A stretch of DNA of 64,000 nt. Source: the human T2T-CHM13v2.0 reference genome, Homo sapiens. Made by a program: the position numbers and the translations under genes. The stretch lies in the NCBI RefSeq assembly GCF_009914755.1, contig NC_060928.1, one strand, 5' to 3'. Positions 1 to 14,744 of the stretch are shown piece after piece; positions within the stretch are counted from its first letter, which is position 1, and the number at the start of each line of letters is the position of its first letter. The notes under the pieces were generated by a model. That model ran no database searches. It was not told the origin of the DNA and was given only the letters and a program-made list of their open reading frames with translations.

Positions 1-1087
1 TATATAACTTAAAGAAACCTAATCAGTATAAGAAGACATATGTGCGTTTCCATGTTTATTGCAACACTACTCACAATAGCCAAGATTTGAAATCCATCTA
101 AGTGTCCATCAACAAATAAATGGATAAAGAAAATGTGGTACATATACATGATGGGATATTATCCAGCCCTAAAAAGGATGAGATCCTGTCATTTGCAACA
201 ACACAGATGGAATTGGAGGACATTGTGTAAAGTGATATAGTCTAGGCACGGAAAGACAAACTTCAAATGTTCTCACTCACGTGTGGAAGCTAAAAATTAA
301 AACTAACTCATATAGATAAAGAGTAGAATGATGGTTATCAGTGGCTGAGAAGGGTAGTGAGGATGTGTGGAAACAGGGATGTTTAGTGGTGATATAGTTT
401 GGATATTTGTTCCCGTCCAAATTTTATGTTGAAATTGAATCCCCAATGTTGGAGGTGGGGATTGGTGGGAGGTGTTTGGATCATGGGGGAAATTTCTCAT
501 CAATGGTTTCAGCCATCCCCTTTGTGATAAGTGAGCTTTTTCTCTGAGTTCACATGAGATCTAGTCATTTAATGCTGTGTGAAACTTTCCCCAAAGTCTC
601 TTTCTTGTTTGCTCCTGCTTTTGCTCTATGACATTCCTGTTCCTCCTTCATCTTCTGCCATAATTGAAAGCTCCCTGAGGCTTCACCAAAAGTTGAGTTT
701 CCTATAAAGCCTGCAGAAACCTGAGCCAACTAAACCTCTTTTCTTTGTAAATTACCCAGTCTCAGGTATTTCTTTACAGCAATGCAAGAACAGCCTGATA
801 CAGTCGGTACAAAAATAATTAGACAAAATGCATAAGTGCTAGTATTTGTTAGCAGAAGAGAGTGACTACAGTCAGCAATACTTTGTTGTACATTATAGAA
901 TAACTGAAGGAGTACAATTGGAATGTGTGTAACACCGAGAAATAATGAATGCTTGAGGTGATGGATACCCCATTTATCTTGATGTGATTATTACATATTG
1001 CATTGTATGCCTGTATCAAAATATCTCATGCACCCCATAAATATATATATACCTACTATGTACCCATAAAGGTTAAAAATATAAAAA
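1..1087 (+). mobile_element. L1MA2/3-like LINE-1 3' end (end of ORF2 + 3'UTR + A-rich tail), interrupted by an MST LTR at 390-802
   Basis: Contains 'aagtgtccatcaacaaataaatggataaagaaaatgtggtacata' and the L1MA 3'UTR 'gcttgaggtgatggataccccatt...ctactatgtacccataaaggttaaaaat'. The L1 text resumes collinearly after 802. Confidence 0.9.
390..802 (+). mobile_element. MSTB/MSTA-type solo LTR (ERVL-MaLR)
   Basis: TG...CA termini (tgatatagtttggatatttg ... cagcctgataca) and the MST core 'aaacctcttttctttgtaaattacccagtctcaggtatttctt'. Confidence 0.9.
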
Positions 1088-1370
1088 GCACTAAATATTC
1101 TCAGTTTTAATTTTTCACCATATTAGTAAATTGAAAGACATGTCATAATCATATAACATTTTCAATCACATATAGATTTCTCTAATTTGCATATAAAATA
1201 TTTATATATTAAATTATTTTTTAAATGATAACAATATTTCAAAGCTCCATATAGGTTGTGGTTTGGTTCAACACACTTGAAGAGAAAATTAAACGCAGAA
1301 ACCCAAGGGCACTTAATTCAGATACTCATGCCCTATTTTATGTTTTAGTGAGATTGGTGAGTATAGTAGT

Positions 1371-1694
1371 TGATATGGATTGGCTGTGTCCCCACCCAAA
1401 TATCATTTTGAATTTTAGTTCCCATAATCCCCAGATGTCATGGGAGGGACCCAGTGGGAAGCAATTGGATCATGGGGGCAGTTTTCCCCATGCTGTTCTC
1501 ATGATAGCGAGTTCTCATGAGATCTGATGGTTTTATAAGGGGCTTCCCCCTTCCCTCAGCATTCATTATCTCTCCTGCTACCCTGTGAAGAGGTGCCTTC
1601 CACCATGATTGTTTCCTGAGGCCTCCCCAGCCATGCAGAACTGTGAGTCAATTAAACCTCTTTTCTTTATTAATTACCCAGTCTCAGGTATTTC
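1371..1694 (+). mobile_element. THE1C/D solo LTR, 3' tip missing
   Basis: Starts 'tgatatggattggctgtgtccccacccaaa' and contains 'gaactgtgagtcaattaaacctc'. The terminal ~25 bp are not recognisable. Confidence 0.88.
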
Positions 1695-2488
1695 ATGGAA
1701 GCTGTGGTTGGCAGTCTATTAATGTGAGGTACAACACAGAGGAAGCAACCTTCCTAATGACTCGGCCTGCATGATTTCAGTGGACTCAAGTTTAGGTATT
1801 TTATCAATATAATTTGAAGGAAGTTACATCCATCTCTGACACAGTTCAGCTTCTCTCTCTGATTAATTTTTGCTGCATTTTTATTTCAATGTAATTTTGT
1901 GTGTAATTGATGTAACTCTTGGTTAAGAAGAGAGAAGGCACAGATGCATATTCCACCATATGTAGAAAATTGTAAAATGTACCTCATCTTCAAAAACACA
2001 GCAATGTTAGCTAATTTAAGATTTTCTTTCTTTTCTATGCACTTTCTTCATGCTGAGTATGATGATAATTTCTAAAAGTCCCCAAAGTTCAAAAGTTAAG
2101 CAAGAAAGCAAATAATAAAAAATGATGAAGACCTGACAAACAAAATAATGTGTCATTAGAAAATTTCATTTCAAATCATGAAGAAAAATTGCACAAAAAT
2201 CAGTTTTATTAGTGTGGAATTTTGGGGTAAAGAAAATTTAGAGTCTTCTATTTCTTAATTTTCTGCAGTATATGAATAAATAGTGTAGGATTCTTCACAA
2301 TGCACATTTACAGAGGATTCTTTGTGAATCTTCACATTCAAGTTATATGGCCAACTTTTACCAGATAGCCTATCCATTATCACATATAAGATCTTTACAG
2401 ACATGGCTTTTAGGAACACCTATTTCAGCATTGGTCATTAAAGGTTTGTATTTTACTGAGTAGTTAGAAAAGAACAGCCTAGTACCTC

Positions 2489-2630
2489 TAAAGTCACTAA
2501 TCTCATTCAAGAGGGCTCTGCCATTATGACCTAATTACTTCTCAAGTGTCTTATTCCCTAATACCTTTACACTGATGATTAGGTTTCAACATATGAATTT
2601 TGGAGGGGCATAAACATCCAGATTACAGCA
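2489..2630 (-). mobile_element. MLT1A-like LTR 5' fragment
   Basis: 'attaggtttcaacatatgaattttggaggggcataaacatccagattacagca' is the reverse complement of the MLT1A/MSTD 5' end. Confidence 0.75.
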
Positions 2631-2689
2631 CATATAAAAAAATCAGTTGGAGCCTGAGACCAACTATGGTCTAGAGGGATTTTTGTCCC

Positions 2690-2848
2690 AGCCATGTTAG
2701 AATCACCTAGTGGGTTTGATAATCTTGTAGGCTTCTAGGAGCATCCTAGTTAAACTATCTCAGACTTTGTTGGGATTTAATTTGGGAACCTCTAATTTTA
2801 ACAAACGTTTCAAATGTTTTTTACAAATATTATTGAGAACTACTAGCT
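2690..2848. mobile_element. MER5-like hAT DNA transposon relic
   Basis: Degenerate 'ttagaatcacctag...aattttaacaaac...ttgagaactactag'. Confidence 0.45.
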
Positions 2849-3244
2849 TATAAGAATGTTGGATGCTACTTTCTCATTTGTATGTGTGTGTTAATTTCAC
2901 CGTAATTTCCCATTTATAAATTTAAAGTGATAAAGTTTTAAGCAGTGAAAATTTCTGAGACTTTTATGTTTCCATACCACCTAGTAGATATGTATTTGCT
3001 ATTCTAATTTTTAATTTTACATAATAGGTTACTCTAAAACAGAGTAGTACAAACCGACCATATTACTTTGTCTACAACAATGTGGATTACTTTTTTTAAT
3101 TCCGGAATGGTTATATTTTTACAAAGAGCATTTTTATATATTATAAAGATATTACCTTGAAAGACAGGGAGGTTTTTTTTTTCTACTAAGTTGAGTTTAT
3201 TTTTACCCAATGGAAAATATGGTTGGTGTGTGTGTGTTTGATTT

Positions 3245-6200
3245 TTATTTTTTATTTATTTTTCTGTTTAAAAATTATTTATTTCTTTTTCTTCCTTTTT
3301 TAACTTTTATTTTGGATTTGTGTTTCCAGGTACATGTACAGGTTTGTTACCTGGTTATATTACGTGTTGCTGAGGTTTGGGGTATAAATGATCCTGTTAC
3401 CCAGGTACTGAGCATAGTATCCAATAGTTAGTTTTCAACCCATTCCCCTTTATTCTAGTGTCTCTTTTTATAATCTTTATGTCCATGACTACCCAATGTT
3501 GGATTCCAACTTATACGTGAGAACATGCGGTATTTGGTTTTCTGTGCCTGTGTTATTTCACTTGAAGGAATTATCTCCAGATGCATCCATTGTTACAAAG
3601 AACACGATTTTGTTATTTTTTTGTGGCTGTATAGTATTCCATGGTACGTATGTACCACATTTTCTTTATTCTGTCCATTACTGATGGACACCTAGGTTGA
3701 TTCCGTTACTTTGTTACTGTGAATAGGGTTGTGATGAACAAGCAAGTGCATGTGTGTTTTTGGTACAACAATTTGTTTTCTTTTGAATATTTATCCAGTA
3801 ATGAGATTGCTGGGGCAAATGGAAATTTTGTTTTGAGAAATATCCAAACTTCTTTCCATAGTGGTTAAACTAATTTAAATTCCCACCAACAGTGTACAAA
3901 CATTTAATTTTCTCCTCAGCCATACCAATATCTGTTGTTTTCTTCTTCTTAATAATAGTCATTTTAATTGGTGTGAGATGGTACCTTATTGTTGTTTTCA
4001 TTTGCATGTCTTTGATAATTATTGATTATGAGAATTTTTTCATATGCCTGTTGGCCACTTAGATTACTTCTGTTCATGACTTTTGCCCATTTTAATGGGG
4101 TTATTTGTCTTTTGCTTATTCAATTGTTTACATTCTTTATAGATACTAGATATTAGATCTTTGTTGAGTGCAACCTCATTATGTAGGTTGTCTACTTAAT
4201 CTCTTGATAATTTCTTTTGCTGTTCAGAAACTCTTCAGTTTAATCAGGTCCCACTTGTTAATTTTTGTTTGTGTTGCAATTGCCTTTGAGGCCTTAGTCA
4301 TAAATTATTTGCCAAAGCCAGTGTCCAGAATGATGTTTTCAAGGTTTTCTTCTATGATTCTTATAGTCTGAGGTCTTACATTTAAGTCTTTAATCCATCT
4401 TGAGTTAATTTTTAGATATGATAAAACACAGGAGTCCTGTTTCATTTTTCCGCATACAGATAGACAGCTATCTTGCACTATATACTGAATAGGGAGTCTT
4501 TCCACATTGCCTGTTTTTGTTGACTGTGTCGAATATTAGATGGCTGTAGGTGTGTGGCTTTACTTCTGGGTTCTTCATTCTGTTCCATTGTTCTATGTGT
4601 CTGTGTTTGTACTAGTACCATGTTGTTTTGGTTACTGTAGCCTCACCGTATAGTTTGAAGTCAGGTATTGTGATGCCTCCAGCCTTGTTCTTTTTGCCTA
4701 GGATTTCTTTGGCTATTCCAGCTCTTTTATGGTTTCATATAAATTTTATAAGTTTTGTTTCTAATTCTGTGAAAAATGACATGATAGTTTGATAGGAATA
4801 ACATTTAATCTGTAGATTGTTTTAGGCAGTATGGCCATTAAAAAAATATTGGTTCTTCCAATCCATAAGCATGGAACTTTTTACTTGTTTGTATCATCTA
4901 TGATTTATTTCAGCAATGTTTCGTATAATAGTTCTTACAGAGATCTTCCACCTCCTTGGTTAGAGATTTTCTTAGGTAGTTCAATTTTTTGTGGCTACTA
5001 CAAATGGGATTGTGTTCTCGATTTCGCTCTCAGCTATAACGTTATTGGTGTATAGAAATGTCACTAATTTTTGTACATTGATTATATATCCTGACTGTAT
5101 GAATGTAATTTCTCAAGTCTAAGAGTCTTTTGGTGGAGTCCTTAAGGTTTTTGAGGTAGATAATTATATCATCAGCAAACAGAGATAATCTGACTTCTTC
5201 TTTTGCTCTTTGGGTGACTTTTTTTTCTCTTGCTTGATTGCTCTGGCTTGGAATTTCAGTCTTGTTTTGAATGGAAGTGGTGACAGTGGATATTCTTGTC
5301 TTGTTCTGGTTCTCTAGAATAATGCTTCCAGCTTTTGCCCATCCGGTATGATGTTTTATGTGGATTTATCATAAATAGCTCTTATTATTTTGAGGTCTGT
5401 TTCTTCAATGCCTAGTCCCTTGAGAGTTTTTATTATAAAGGGATGTTGGATTTTATAAAAAGCTTTTTCCATATCAATTGTGATGATTCTATGGTTGTTT
5501 TTATTTCTGTTTATGTGGTGAATCAACCTTGAATCCGAGGAATGAAGCCTACTTAATCATGGTGAATTAACTTTTTGATGTGTTGTTGAATTTAGTTTGC
5601 TAATATTTTGTTGAGAACTTTTACATCAGTATTCATTAGGAGCAACAACCTGCAGTTTTTTAGGTTTTTTTTCCTCTTTCTTTGCCAAGTTTTCATATAT
5701 AGGTACTTCTGCCTTTGTAGAATGAGTTAGAGAGGAGTCCCTACTCCATGATTTTTTGAAATAATTTTAGTTGATTTGGTACCAGCTATTCATGGTCTGT
5801 GTGGTAGAATTCAGCTATGAATCTATCTGGTCTGGGGTTTATTTTCATTGGTAGCTTTTCTATTACTAATTCTGTTTCAGAACTTGTTATTGGTCTGTTC
5901 GGTGTTTCATTATCTTCCTCATTCAATCGTGAGAGATTTTGGGTTTCCAGGAACTTATCCATTACTTCTAAATTTTTTAGTTTGTTTATGTAGAGATATT
6001 CATAATAGTCTCTGAGGATCTTTTGTATTTCTGATGGGTTTGTTGTGATGTCACCTTTGTTGCTTCTGATTGGACTTATTTGAATCTCTCTTTAATTAGC
6101 TAGCAGCCTTATGAATCTTGTTTAGATTTTCAGAAGCCAACTATTTTTTTAAACTGCATGGATTTTGGAGTCTCAATTTCATTCAGTTCTGCTCTAATTT

Positions 6201-7560
6201 CAGTTATTTCCTTTCTTCTGCTAGTTTTTGGGTTAGTTTGCTCTTGTTTTTCTGTTTCCTCTAGGTGAGATGCTAGATCACTAATTTGAAATTTTTCTGA
6301 CATTTACAGGTAGGCATTTAGCTCTACGAAATTTCTTCTTAACACTGCTTTTGCTGCATGCCAGGTATTTTGGTATGTTGTGTGTCTATTTTCATTTATT
6401 TCAAAGAATTTTTTCATTTCTGCCTTGATTTCATTGCATACCCAGACATCATTCAGCAGCAAGTTGCTTAATTTCCATGAACTTATGTGGTTTTGAGAGA
6501 TCTTCTTATTGTTTTTCATTTTTATTCTGCTGTGGTCCAAGAATGTGGTTGTTATGATTCTGAAACTTTTTTTGAATCTATTGAGAATTTCTTCATGGCT
6601 GAGAATATTGTCAATCTTGAAGTATGCTCCATGTAAAAATGAGTGAAGTTTTTGTAGATGTGTATTAGATCGAATTGTCTAATTGGTCAATTTTAATTCC
6701 AGAATCTTTGTTTTTTTTTGCTTTAATGATCTAATGCCGTCATTGGGGTGTTAAAGATCCCCCCTATTATAGTGTGGCTGTATAAGTCTTTTCATAGGTT
6801 TAGAAGTGCTTGTTTTGTTAACGTAGGTGCTCTAATGTTGAATGCATATATATTTATGGATATATATGTACACATTTATATATTTATATGCATATATATT
6901 TAGGATCATTAATTCATGCTAAATTGAACACTTTGTCATTATGTAATGCCCTTCTTTGTCCTTTTTTACTAATGTTGGTTTAAAGTCTGTTTTATCTGAT
7001 ATAAATATAGTGACCCCTGGTCTCTTGTGTTTTCTATTTGCATAGTAGATCTTTCTAGAGCCCTTTACTTTGAGCTTATGGGTATCATTACATGTGAGAT
7101 GGGTCTCTCAAAGACAGCAGACTGATGGCCTTTTTTTTAAATTCAATTTGCTACTCTGTTCCTTTTTACTGGGGGCATGTAGACTATTTACATTCAAGGT
7201 TAATATTGATATGTGAAGTTTTGATCCTATTGTGCAAATACTAGCTGTGTGCTTTGCAGCTTCAATTGTGTTTTTACTTTATAGGGTCCGCGGTCTCTGT
7301 TTTTAAGCGTGTTTTTGTGGTAGCACATATTTTTTCCCCATGTTTAGAACTCCCTTAAGGATTTCTTATCAGGTGGGTTTAGAGGTAATGCATTCTTTTA
7401 GTGCATTTTTAGTGCATTTTTTGGGAAGGATATAATATTCTGGGTTGAATTTTTTTTTTCTTTACAAATGTTAGAAGTAGGCCCCTAATCTCTCCTGGCT
7501 TGTAAGATTTCTCCTGGAAAGTTCACTGTTAGTCTGATGTGGTTCCCTTTGCATGTGATA
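3245..7560 (-). mobile_element. L1PA16-like LINE-1, 5'-truncated in ORF1, ORF2 pseudogenised
   Basis: T-rich tail at ~3245-3310 and 3'UTR 'tgctgaggtttggggtataaatgatcctgttacccaggtactgagcatagt'. ORF 6304-6540 (DHSRIK...[10 protein letters not shown]...[15 protein letters not shown]) is the ORF2p region after the endonuclease. ORF1 text lies near 7450-7560. Confidence 0.93.
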
Positions 7561-7649
7561 CAGGTCAGGAATTTTTTAAGGGTGTGGCTGGACTTTTTTA
7601 CTTGGACGTGCTCATGCAGTTATAGTAAAATGTTTTCTGTGCTTCAATC

Positions 7650-7780
7650 ACTGAAGGCAGAACAAGCCTGGTAATTCAAGATGGTTTATTCATATGGCTA
7701 TCAGTTGATGCAGCTGTCATCTGAGAGTTCAGCTTAGTAATGTTTACCAGATAAACAGCCTGTGGCCTCCTCCAACCCCA
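7650..7780 (-). mobile_element. Old MLT1 (H-K type) LTR fragment
   Basis: 'caagatggtttattcatatggctatcagttgatgcagctgtcatctgagagttcagct' resembles the MLT1 reverse strand. Confidence 0.5.
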
Positions 7781-8519
7781 TTCTATATTTGTAATAAATA
7801 CTTCTGCTTTCTAAGAAGTTGATCTTGTAAGCAACACACGCTTCTGTTGGTATAATTTCTTTCTGTGCCTGATAAACTATTGCCATAAGGTGGGCAAAGT
7901 GGCCAGGTAGCAGTAATAGCTTCAAATGTATTGGGATTCTATGCCCTCCAAAGAAAGCTTCTCTTTTTTGTACCCAGAGGCATTATAATTACAGAGCCTA
8001 AAGCTATGAGAACAGAGAACTCCAGTTTCCCAAGTAGATTAGTAGGAGTGAAGAAATGCAAAATCATTCCTATTTGAAGTGTTGAAAGACATCTAACCAC
8101 ATCTCCTACCTGTTTCTTCCCAAAATCTCGACTTTGGCTTGGGATTCTTTCCCTCTCTGAGAATTGAACCTTATTTGAAGTTACGGCCACCCTGCTTACA
8201 CTTAGGTCTTCAACTCTGTGTGCCTTCTAGTTGCAGAAGATGAATGCCTTCTTAAATATTGTCCAAGAGTTCTCTGGCTCTGACACTTGAATAATTAACA
8301 GATTGCTTCATGCATCATTGTTTCCTAGCAATAAACCACCCAAATCCTTAGTGTTTTTGTTTGATATTTCCCTTTATCTTTCAAATTCTAACAGCAATGT
8401 ACCAGGTTGTAAATCACATTCACTTGCTTCCCATCTACATTTACCACAGTTAGAAATCTTAGAAGTCTCACTGCTACAATTTCCTGAAGACTATCAATAC
8501 TCTACCTCCCACCAATGAT

Positions 8520-8972
8520 GGGGGTCTTCATTTGCTATCAGAGTTTGAGATATGAGTTCTGGGAGGAGATAATTTGTTGGTAAAATTCTCCTATAAAAAG
8601 AGGATTAAGAGAAGCAAGGCAGTACAAGGGAAGAAAGCTGAAGATAAGCTGCTTTGGCTGGAAAATAGCTTCAATCTGGTCTCATGAGACTCTCTGCTAT
8701 ATAAACTGCACTAAGGAGCTAGCCTCAGCTTAAAATGAGATAACTAAACTTTCCTACCACCCCTTCAGTTCAGTCAATCATTGGCCTAATGGCTCCAGAA
8801 AGTTACCAATCAAAATTTTTTGATCAGGTAGTTTCTGCTTGGCCTCATCAATTTTCCAGAAAAGTTAGTAGCTATAGTCCTCTAGTAGCTAACATTCTTA
8901 GCAGCTGGGGAGTAAGTGCATCTGACTGTCTGGTGATGAGAGTTCATGCAGAGAACTAATAATACCACTATC
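8520..8972 (-). mobile_element. LTR16-family (ERVL) solo LTR
   Basis: 'gctaacattcttagcagctggggagtaagtgcatc...aataccacta' and 'tcaatcattggc' match the LTR16C-like reverse complement. Confidence 0.65.
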
Positions 8973-10075
8973 TGAGAATGGGTTTGGAGGAATGACTTTT
9001 TTTCCGTGATTGGGGGAAATGTTACAATGTTTCTAGAAGGACCTCAAATGGAGAACTGAATTCTCTTTGACAAAGCAAATCTACTATGGTAAAATATTTC
9101 TACAAAAATATGTATACAAGTTTGTGAATGTGTCTATACAAGAATGTTCATAAACAATGTCTATAAGAGTAAAATTGTTAAAACCTTAAAATTTCCATAG
9201 TGAAGGATGGGTTAAATAATTTTATACAATGAGATATTATGATTTATATATTAATATAGCTCTATGATTTATGTTTCTGTATGTTCTTAACATCAAAACA
9301 TAAATTGTTAAATCTTACACAAAGGTTATTTATTGTCTCACATTCTTTAGAATACTGCTGTATAAAAAAGAAACATATGTGAGGGCTTTTAACACATTAT
9401 TAAACAGTGTAAGACTCAAAATAATCTTAGAGCCTTTTGGTTTCAGAATGTATGCATCCAAGGCTTAAAAGCAGCTGTTCTTGAAGGATGATATTTTTGG
9501 TATGACTAGCTCTAGTGAGATCATACTGGAATAATGGTATTTATAAAATATATTCATTATTATTGACATCCATCCTCTACAGGATATTAATAACTTGGAA
9601 TATGAATTGGGATTGCAGGTTTTTCTTCATTTTGCTTACCTAAATTTCATAATTTAACTATGAACTATTTACAGATAAAGCATTACTTTTATTTATAGCT
9701 GCAACATATATCTTTAGATAAAAATAAGGGGGAAGTTTTTCTTACAGTCACACTCATATGTCGAATTACTTAGGGAAATCTTTATTACTATAAAAATACA
9801 TGGTGTAAGGGTCTTCAATATCATTAATTTTATACAGCAATTTTTAACTGGTCTCAAAAACATTTTCAGTAAATTCTAATGAAATAACTTCCAGTGTTTG
9901 AACTCACAAGGGAATGCAGAAAACTGAATGCTGACAAAGAATTTTATTCCCCAGAAATATATAAACATACCTTATTTAATTTGGCATAAAAATGCAGATG
10001 TGCAAAAGGAATAGAATATAAGCCAGTAAACATGCAAAGGATCACCATTATGCACCTAAAAATATGATATTCTTG

Positions 10076-10380
10076 GGCCGGGCGCGGTGGCTCATGCCTG
10101 TACTCCCAGCACTTTGGGAGGCCAAGGTGGGTGGATCACGAGGTCAAAAGATGGAGACCATCCTGGCCAACAAGGTGAAACCCTGTCTCTACTAAAAATA
10201 CAAAAATTAGCGGGGCGTGGTGGCGCACAGCTGTAGTCCCAGCTACTCGGGAGGCTGAGGCAGGAGAACTGCTTGAAGGCAGGAGGCTGAGGTTGCAGCG
10301 ACATCACGCCACTGCACGCCAGCCTGGCCACAGAGCGAGTCTCCTCTCAAAAAAACAAACAGACAAACAAACAAACAAAA
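10076..10380 (+). mobile_element. AluSc
   Basis: Full dimer with 'gatcacgaggtcaaaagatggagaccatcctggcc' and an (AAAC)n tail. Degenerate TSD gatattcttg/gaccttcttg. Confidence 0.95.
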
Positions 10381-10789
10381 GACCTTCTTGCCACCCATGG
10401 AAACAAGTGGGACAGTGCTCTAATGAAGCAAAAAGTTGTTTTTCTGCTGGATTTGGGGTTAACAAATGTTATCACTTTGGCCTCTGAGATAACAGTACAT
10501 ACTGTAATTTTTATATGAAAAAGGTTAAATATTTAGTAGCTATAAATCAAAGTTTGATGTGAAATAGTATTTCAAAAAGTTTTTTCATCCTTTAAATGAT
10601 TGGAGCCCATTCCATTTCTTCACATTCTCTGCAAAAATAAATCAGAAAATAAGTCTTAAATTTCCTTAGTAGTCTTCAAAACACAGATATGCTTGGTAAA
10701 ATTTTATGGGCTTTAAATTATATAAATGGACATACATTTAAGATTTCACAAATATTTGAGCCAAGAAAATATCATGACAAAGTGACATT

Positions 10790-11240
10790 GGTAGGTGACA
10801 TTGTTTGCTTCATGGCCACCAGCTTCCATTCCTTTATTTGATAACATGTTGTTTTTCCTTTGGGGATGATGCATACGGTTATGTACCACCAATTATGTTA
10901 GAAAATGGGAAAGATCCTTGCTCTTACCTTGTCAATTCTGCCAATGGTTAATTACATGACTTAAGCTTAACAACAACAACCAAAACCCCACCACATTTTT
11001 AAGGGACTCTGAATCTTAAGTGAGGTTTGCAAGAACAGAAGCAATGACAGAAGTGAGTTAATCTCAATAGAAATACCTGCACCAGACTGACCTTACTGTA
11101 AGGCACTTTCTGTAGAACCCAAAGTTACATTGATTATTGAACGACTGCAAATCTGGTTCTTTCTTCCACACTCAAAATTTTGAATAATGCTAAGAAGTGA
11201 ATCCTATTATATTTATGTTTAATTCTCTAATTCAGCCAAC
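10790..11240 (+). mobile_element. LTR33-family (ERVL) relic
   Basis: 'catgacttaagc...gggactctgaatcttaagtga' resembles the LTR33A core. Highly diverged. Confidence 0.4.
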
Positions 11241-11804
11241 ACAAATAATAGAAAATAGAGGAATGAATAAAATAAGAATAACTTGCTATTCTTCCTAATA
11301 TGGTCTCTTTATTGTAGTCAGCCTATACAATTTATAGCAACTGGAATACAGCTAGTGAACTGAAAAATGATATTTTAACCCTATACATATATAGTTGTAC
11401 AAAAAAGTTCTTAAATAATCATGTTTTCATCTGGCAAAGATAGTTTATAACTTTAATTTGATGCCTTGGACACATGTGAAATCTCTCCCATAATTTAATA
11501 CAGAGAGAACATAAATATTTTCCAATTTCAAGAGTTCATGATATCGGTCAATGCATCAATGACATAGTGCTTAATACTGAATACAGAAAGTGTGAAATAG
11601 TAGCTATACTACTTAACTAAGTATGACATATGCACATTAGTGAGTTGGAAATTAATTCCACAAAAAGTTCAGGATCTACCAGTGAAATTTCTGAGTAAGA
11701 TTGTGGCTTGTTTGATCATTTTGGAATAATTTTTGCTGCAGATCCAGTTAAGAACAAGCTTGAGTGATGCAATCGTGCAGTTAAGATTCCAGGACCTTCA
11801 TTAG

Positions 11805-12750
<946 letters not shown>

Positions 12751-14744
12751 AAATTTGAGTGAGTTGCCCATGGTAAAAAAGCTAATTAGTGCTTGAGACA
12801 ATATTAAAACCTAGGAATTCTGACAATTATGATAGTCACTAATTTTCTTATGCTACATTCTTGCAAATGACTAATTTTCACTAAGCATTTCAACCAAAAA
12901 GAATTAAATATTAATTACATCCAAGTTAAAAAGGGGTGAAAGCACAGTCTTCCATCTATGCCATATTTTGTATTAATTAAACGATTTTGCTGTTATTAAA
13001 GCTGGCTTTAGGAAGAAGGTTAATGAGCCATTCTTGCAAAATTTGTAATGAGCACAAGAAAGGTAGCTTCAATCTTCCTCTAGGCTAGTGGTTTTGTAAC
13101 ATTAATATAAGTAAAATCACTGGAAATGCTAAAATTAGAGATTCCCAAATCCATTTCCAATAAAGTCTAAAGTAGTTGATCTAGGCATTTCAAAGAAGAT
13201 TAAAAATTATTAAATACTCTAGATTATTCTAGTATGGCTGATTAAGGGCCATATTCCTAGACAGGATCAGAACTCCAAAATGCTGTCAACTGAATGAAAG
13301 GGGAAAGTTTGCTTCCCAATAGAAACCAAGCAGTGTTGAAGAAGTAAAGGGCTAGAGAGGAGGCCGAGAATAAAGTTCTTTAATAATGAATAAGTCCTCC
13401 TGATCTCAAATGATTTTCCAGAATATATGACATAAATAAGGCAGCCTATCTCCTTTTCATGGGATCAAGTTTATATTAAGAACTTTTCAGATTACCATGT
13501 CTTAAACAAAACAAAACAAACAAAAATAAAACCTTTGCAGAGGCCACTCAACTGTCCTTTTTTTTCTTTGAATATTTGATTTTTGGTGAAACTTTGTGAA
13601 ATAATATCTTATTTGTCAATTCATAAACATTTTTAAGAAGACAATTCAATAAAATGAGATAGTTAAGACCTACAAATTAGTAATTAGTAGAACTATAAAA
13701 TAACCTGCCCCAAAGTACCTCTTTGAGATATAAATATGTTAAGCAAGGATTAGTACAAAAGGATGTTTTCTTTGCCATTCATTGAGTATTTTCAATGATC
13801 ATTTCTTACAAACGGTAGCTTCTGAAGAACTTCTTTTTACTTCTAGTTTTTCTTTCTGTCTTTGTGAAAGAAATTATTTTGTTTCAGATCACTTATTTAT
13901 TCCTTTTAGAGTAGAGATTGAATTTAACTCTTACTTCTATGAAAGTACACTTAGAGACAAAAAGATATCATTAGATTTTTCTTATTTGACAGGTAAAAAT
14001 AGAAAAAAAGTGCTCTCTTGATTTTTACATGGTAAGTGCAACTTTTTCATGAGTCATCTTAATTTTATATGCATTTCTTGCTCAGGTTTTGTGCAACAGA
14101 ATTATAGCCATTTTTTGGTAAATCCATTTAAAATCATTCATCTGGATGAATATGTTTTTTTATTACAGCACAGATTACCATATACCTCCCAAAGACTTTT
14201 CTATTTCCCTGTCTTTAAAAAAAATCAACTCAATTCCCAAAGCACTTGACTATAGTAATGCCAATGCTGACTTAATTACGTGCAGTAAAGCTCTATTGGC
14301 TACAGCTTGTTGCTGGCTTTTCTAAGCTCTGCATGTATTTGTCTGGAAGGCAAATCCAAGAGTCATTTTTATCAGTGTCTGATCATGTTGCCATTATATG
14401 TGGTTAAATTTACTACAGTAATTCAGACCAAAATAAAAGAAAAATTCACAATAGATTTATATACAGCAAAAAAATCTGTGGGGCACTTGAGCAAGAAATA
14501 AAATGACTGCATCTGTATATTTAGAAATATAATTACTAAAACATATAGTAAAATATATTTACTGCATTAATTTATATATGTATAAAAGTATTACCAAAGT
14601 ATAGCACTTACAAAACTTTGTTATTTGTTGTTTTCTGATAAGTTTACTTAAAGGCAATTAGTTCCTTTTGATCCTATATCTCAAAATCATGCCTAATCTT
14701 TTATTCAAAATGTCATAGACAGGGCAATTTCAAAATTATGTAAA

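Noticed and set aside
6840-7425. TA-rich expansion (6841-6905) and triplicated 'tgcatttttag' (7389-7422) in the L1PA16
   Set aside because: Ordinary slippage within a dead L1.
13080-13270. Possible MER5B relic (similarly faint L1M at 9090-9260 and L2 at 56140-56600 and 62630-62730)
   Set aside because: Similarity is too degenerate to support by eye.
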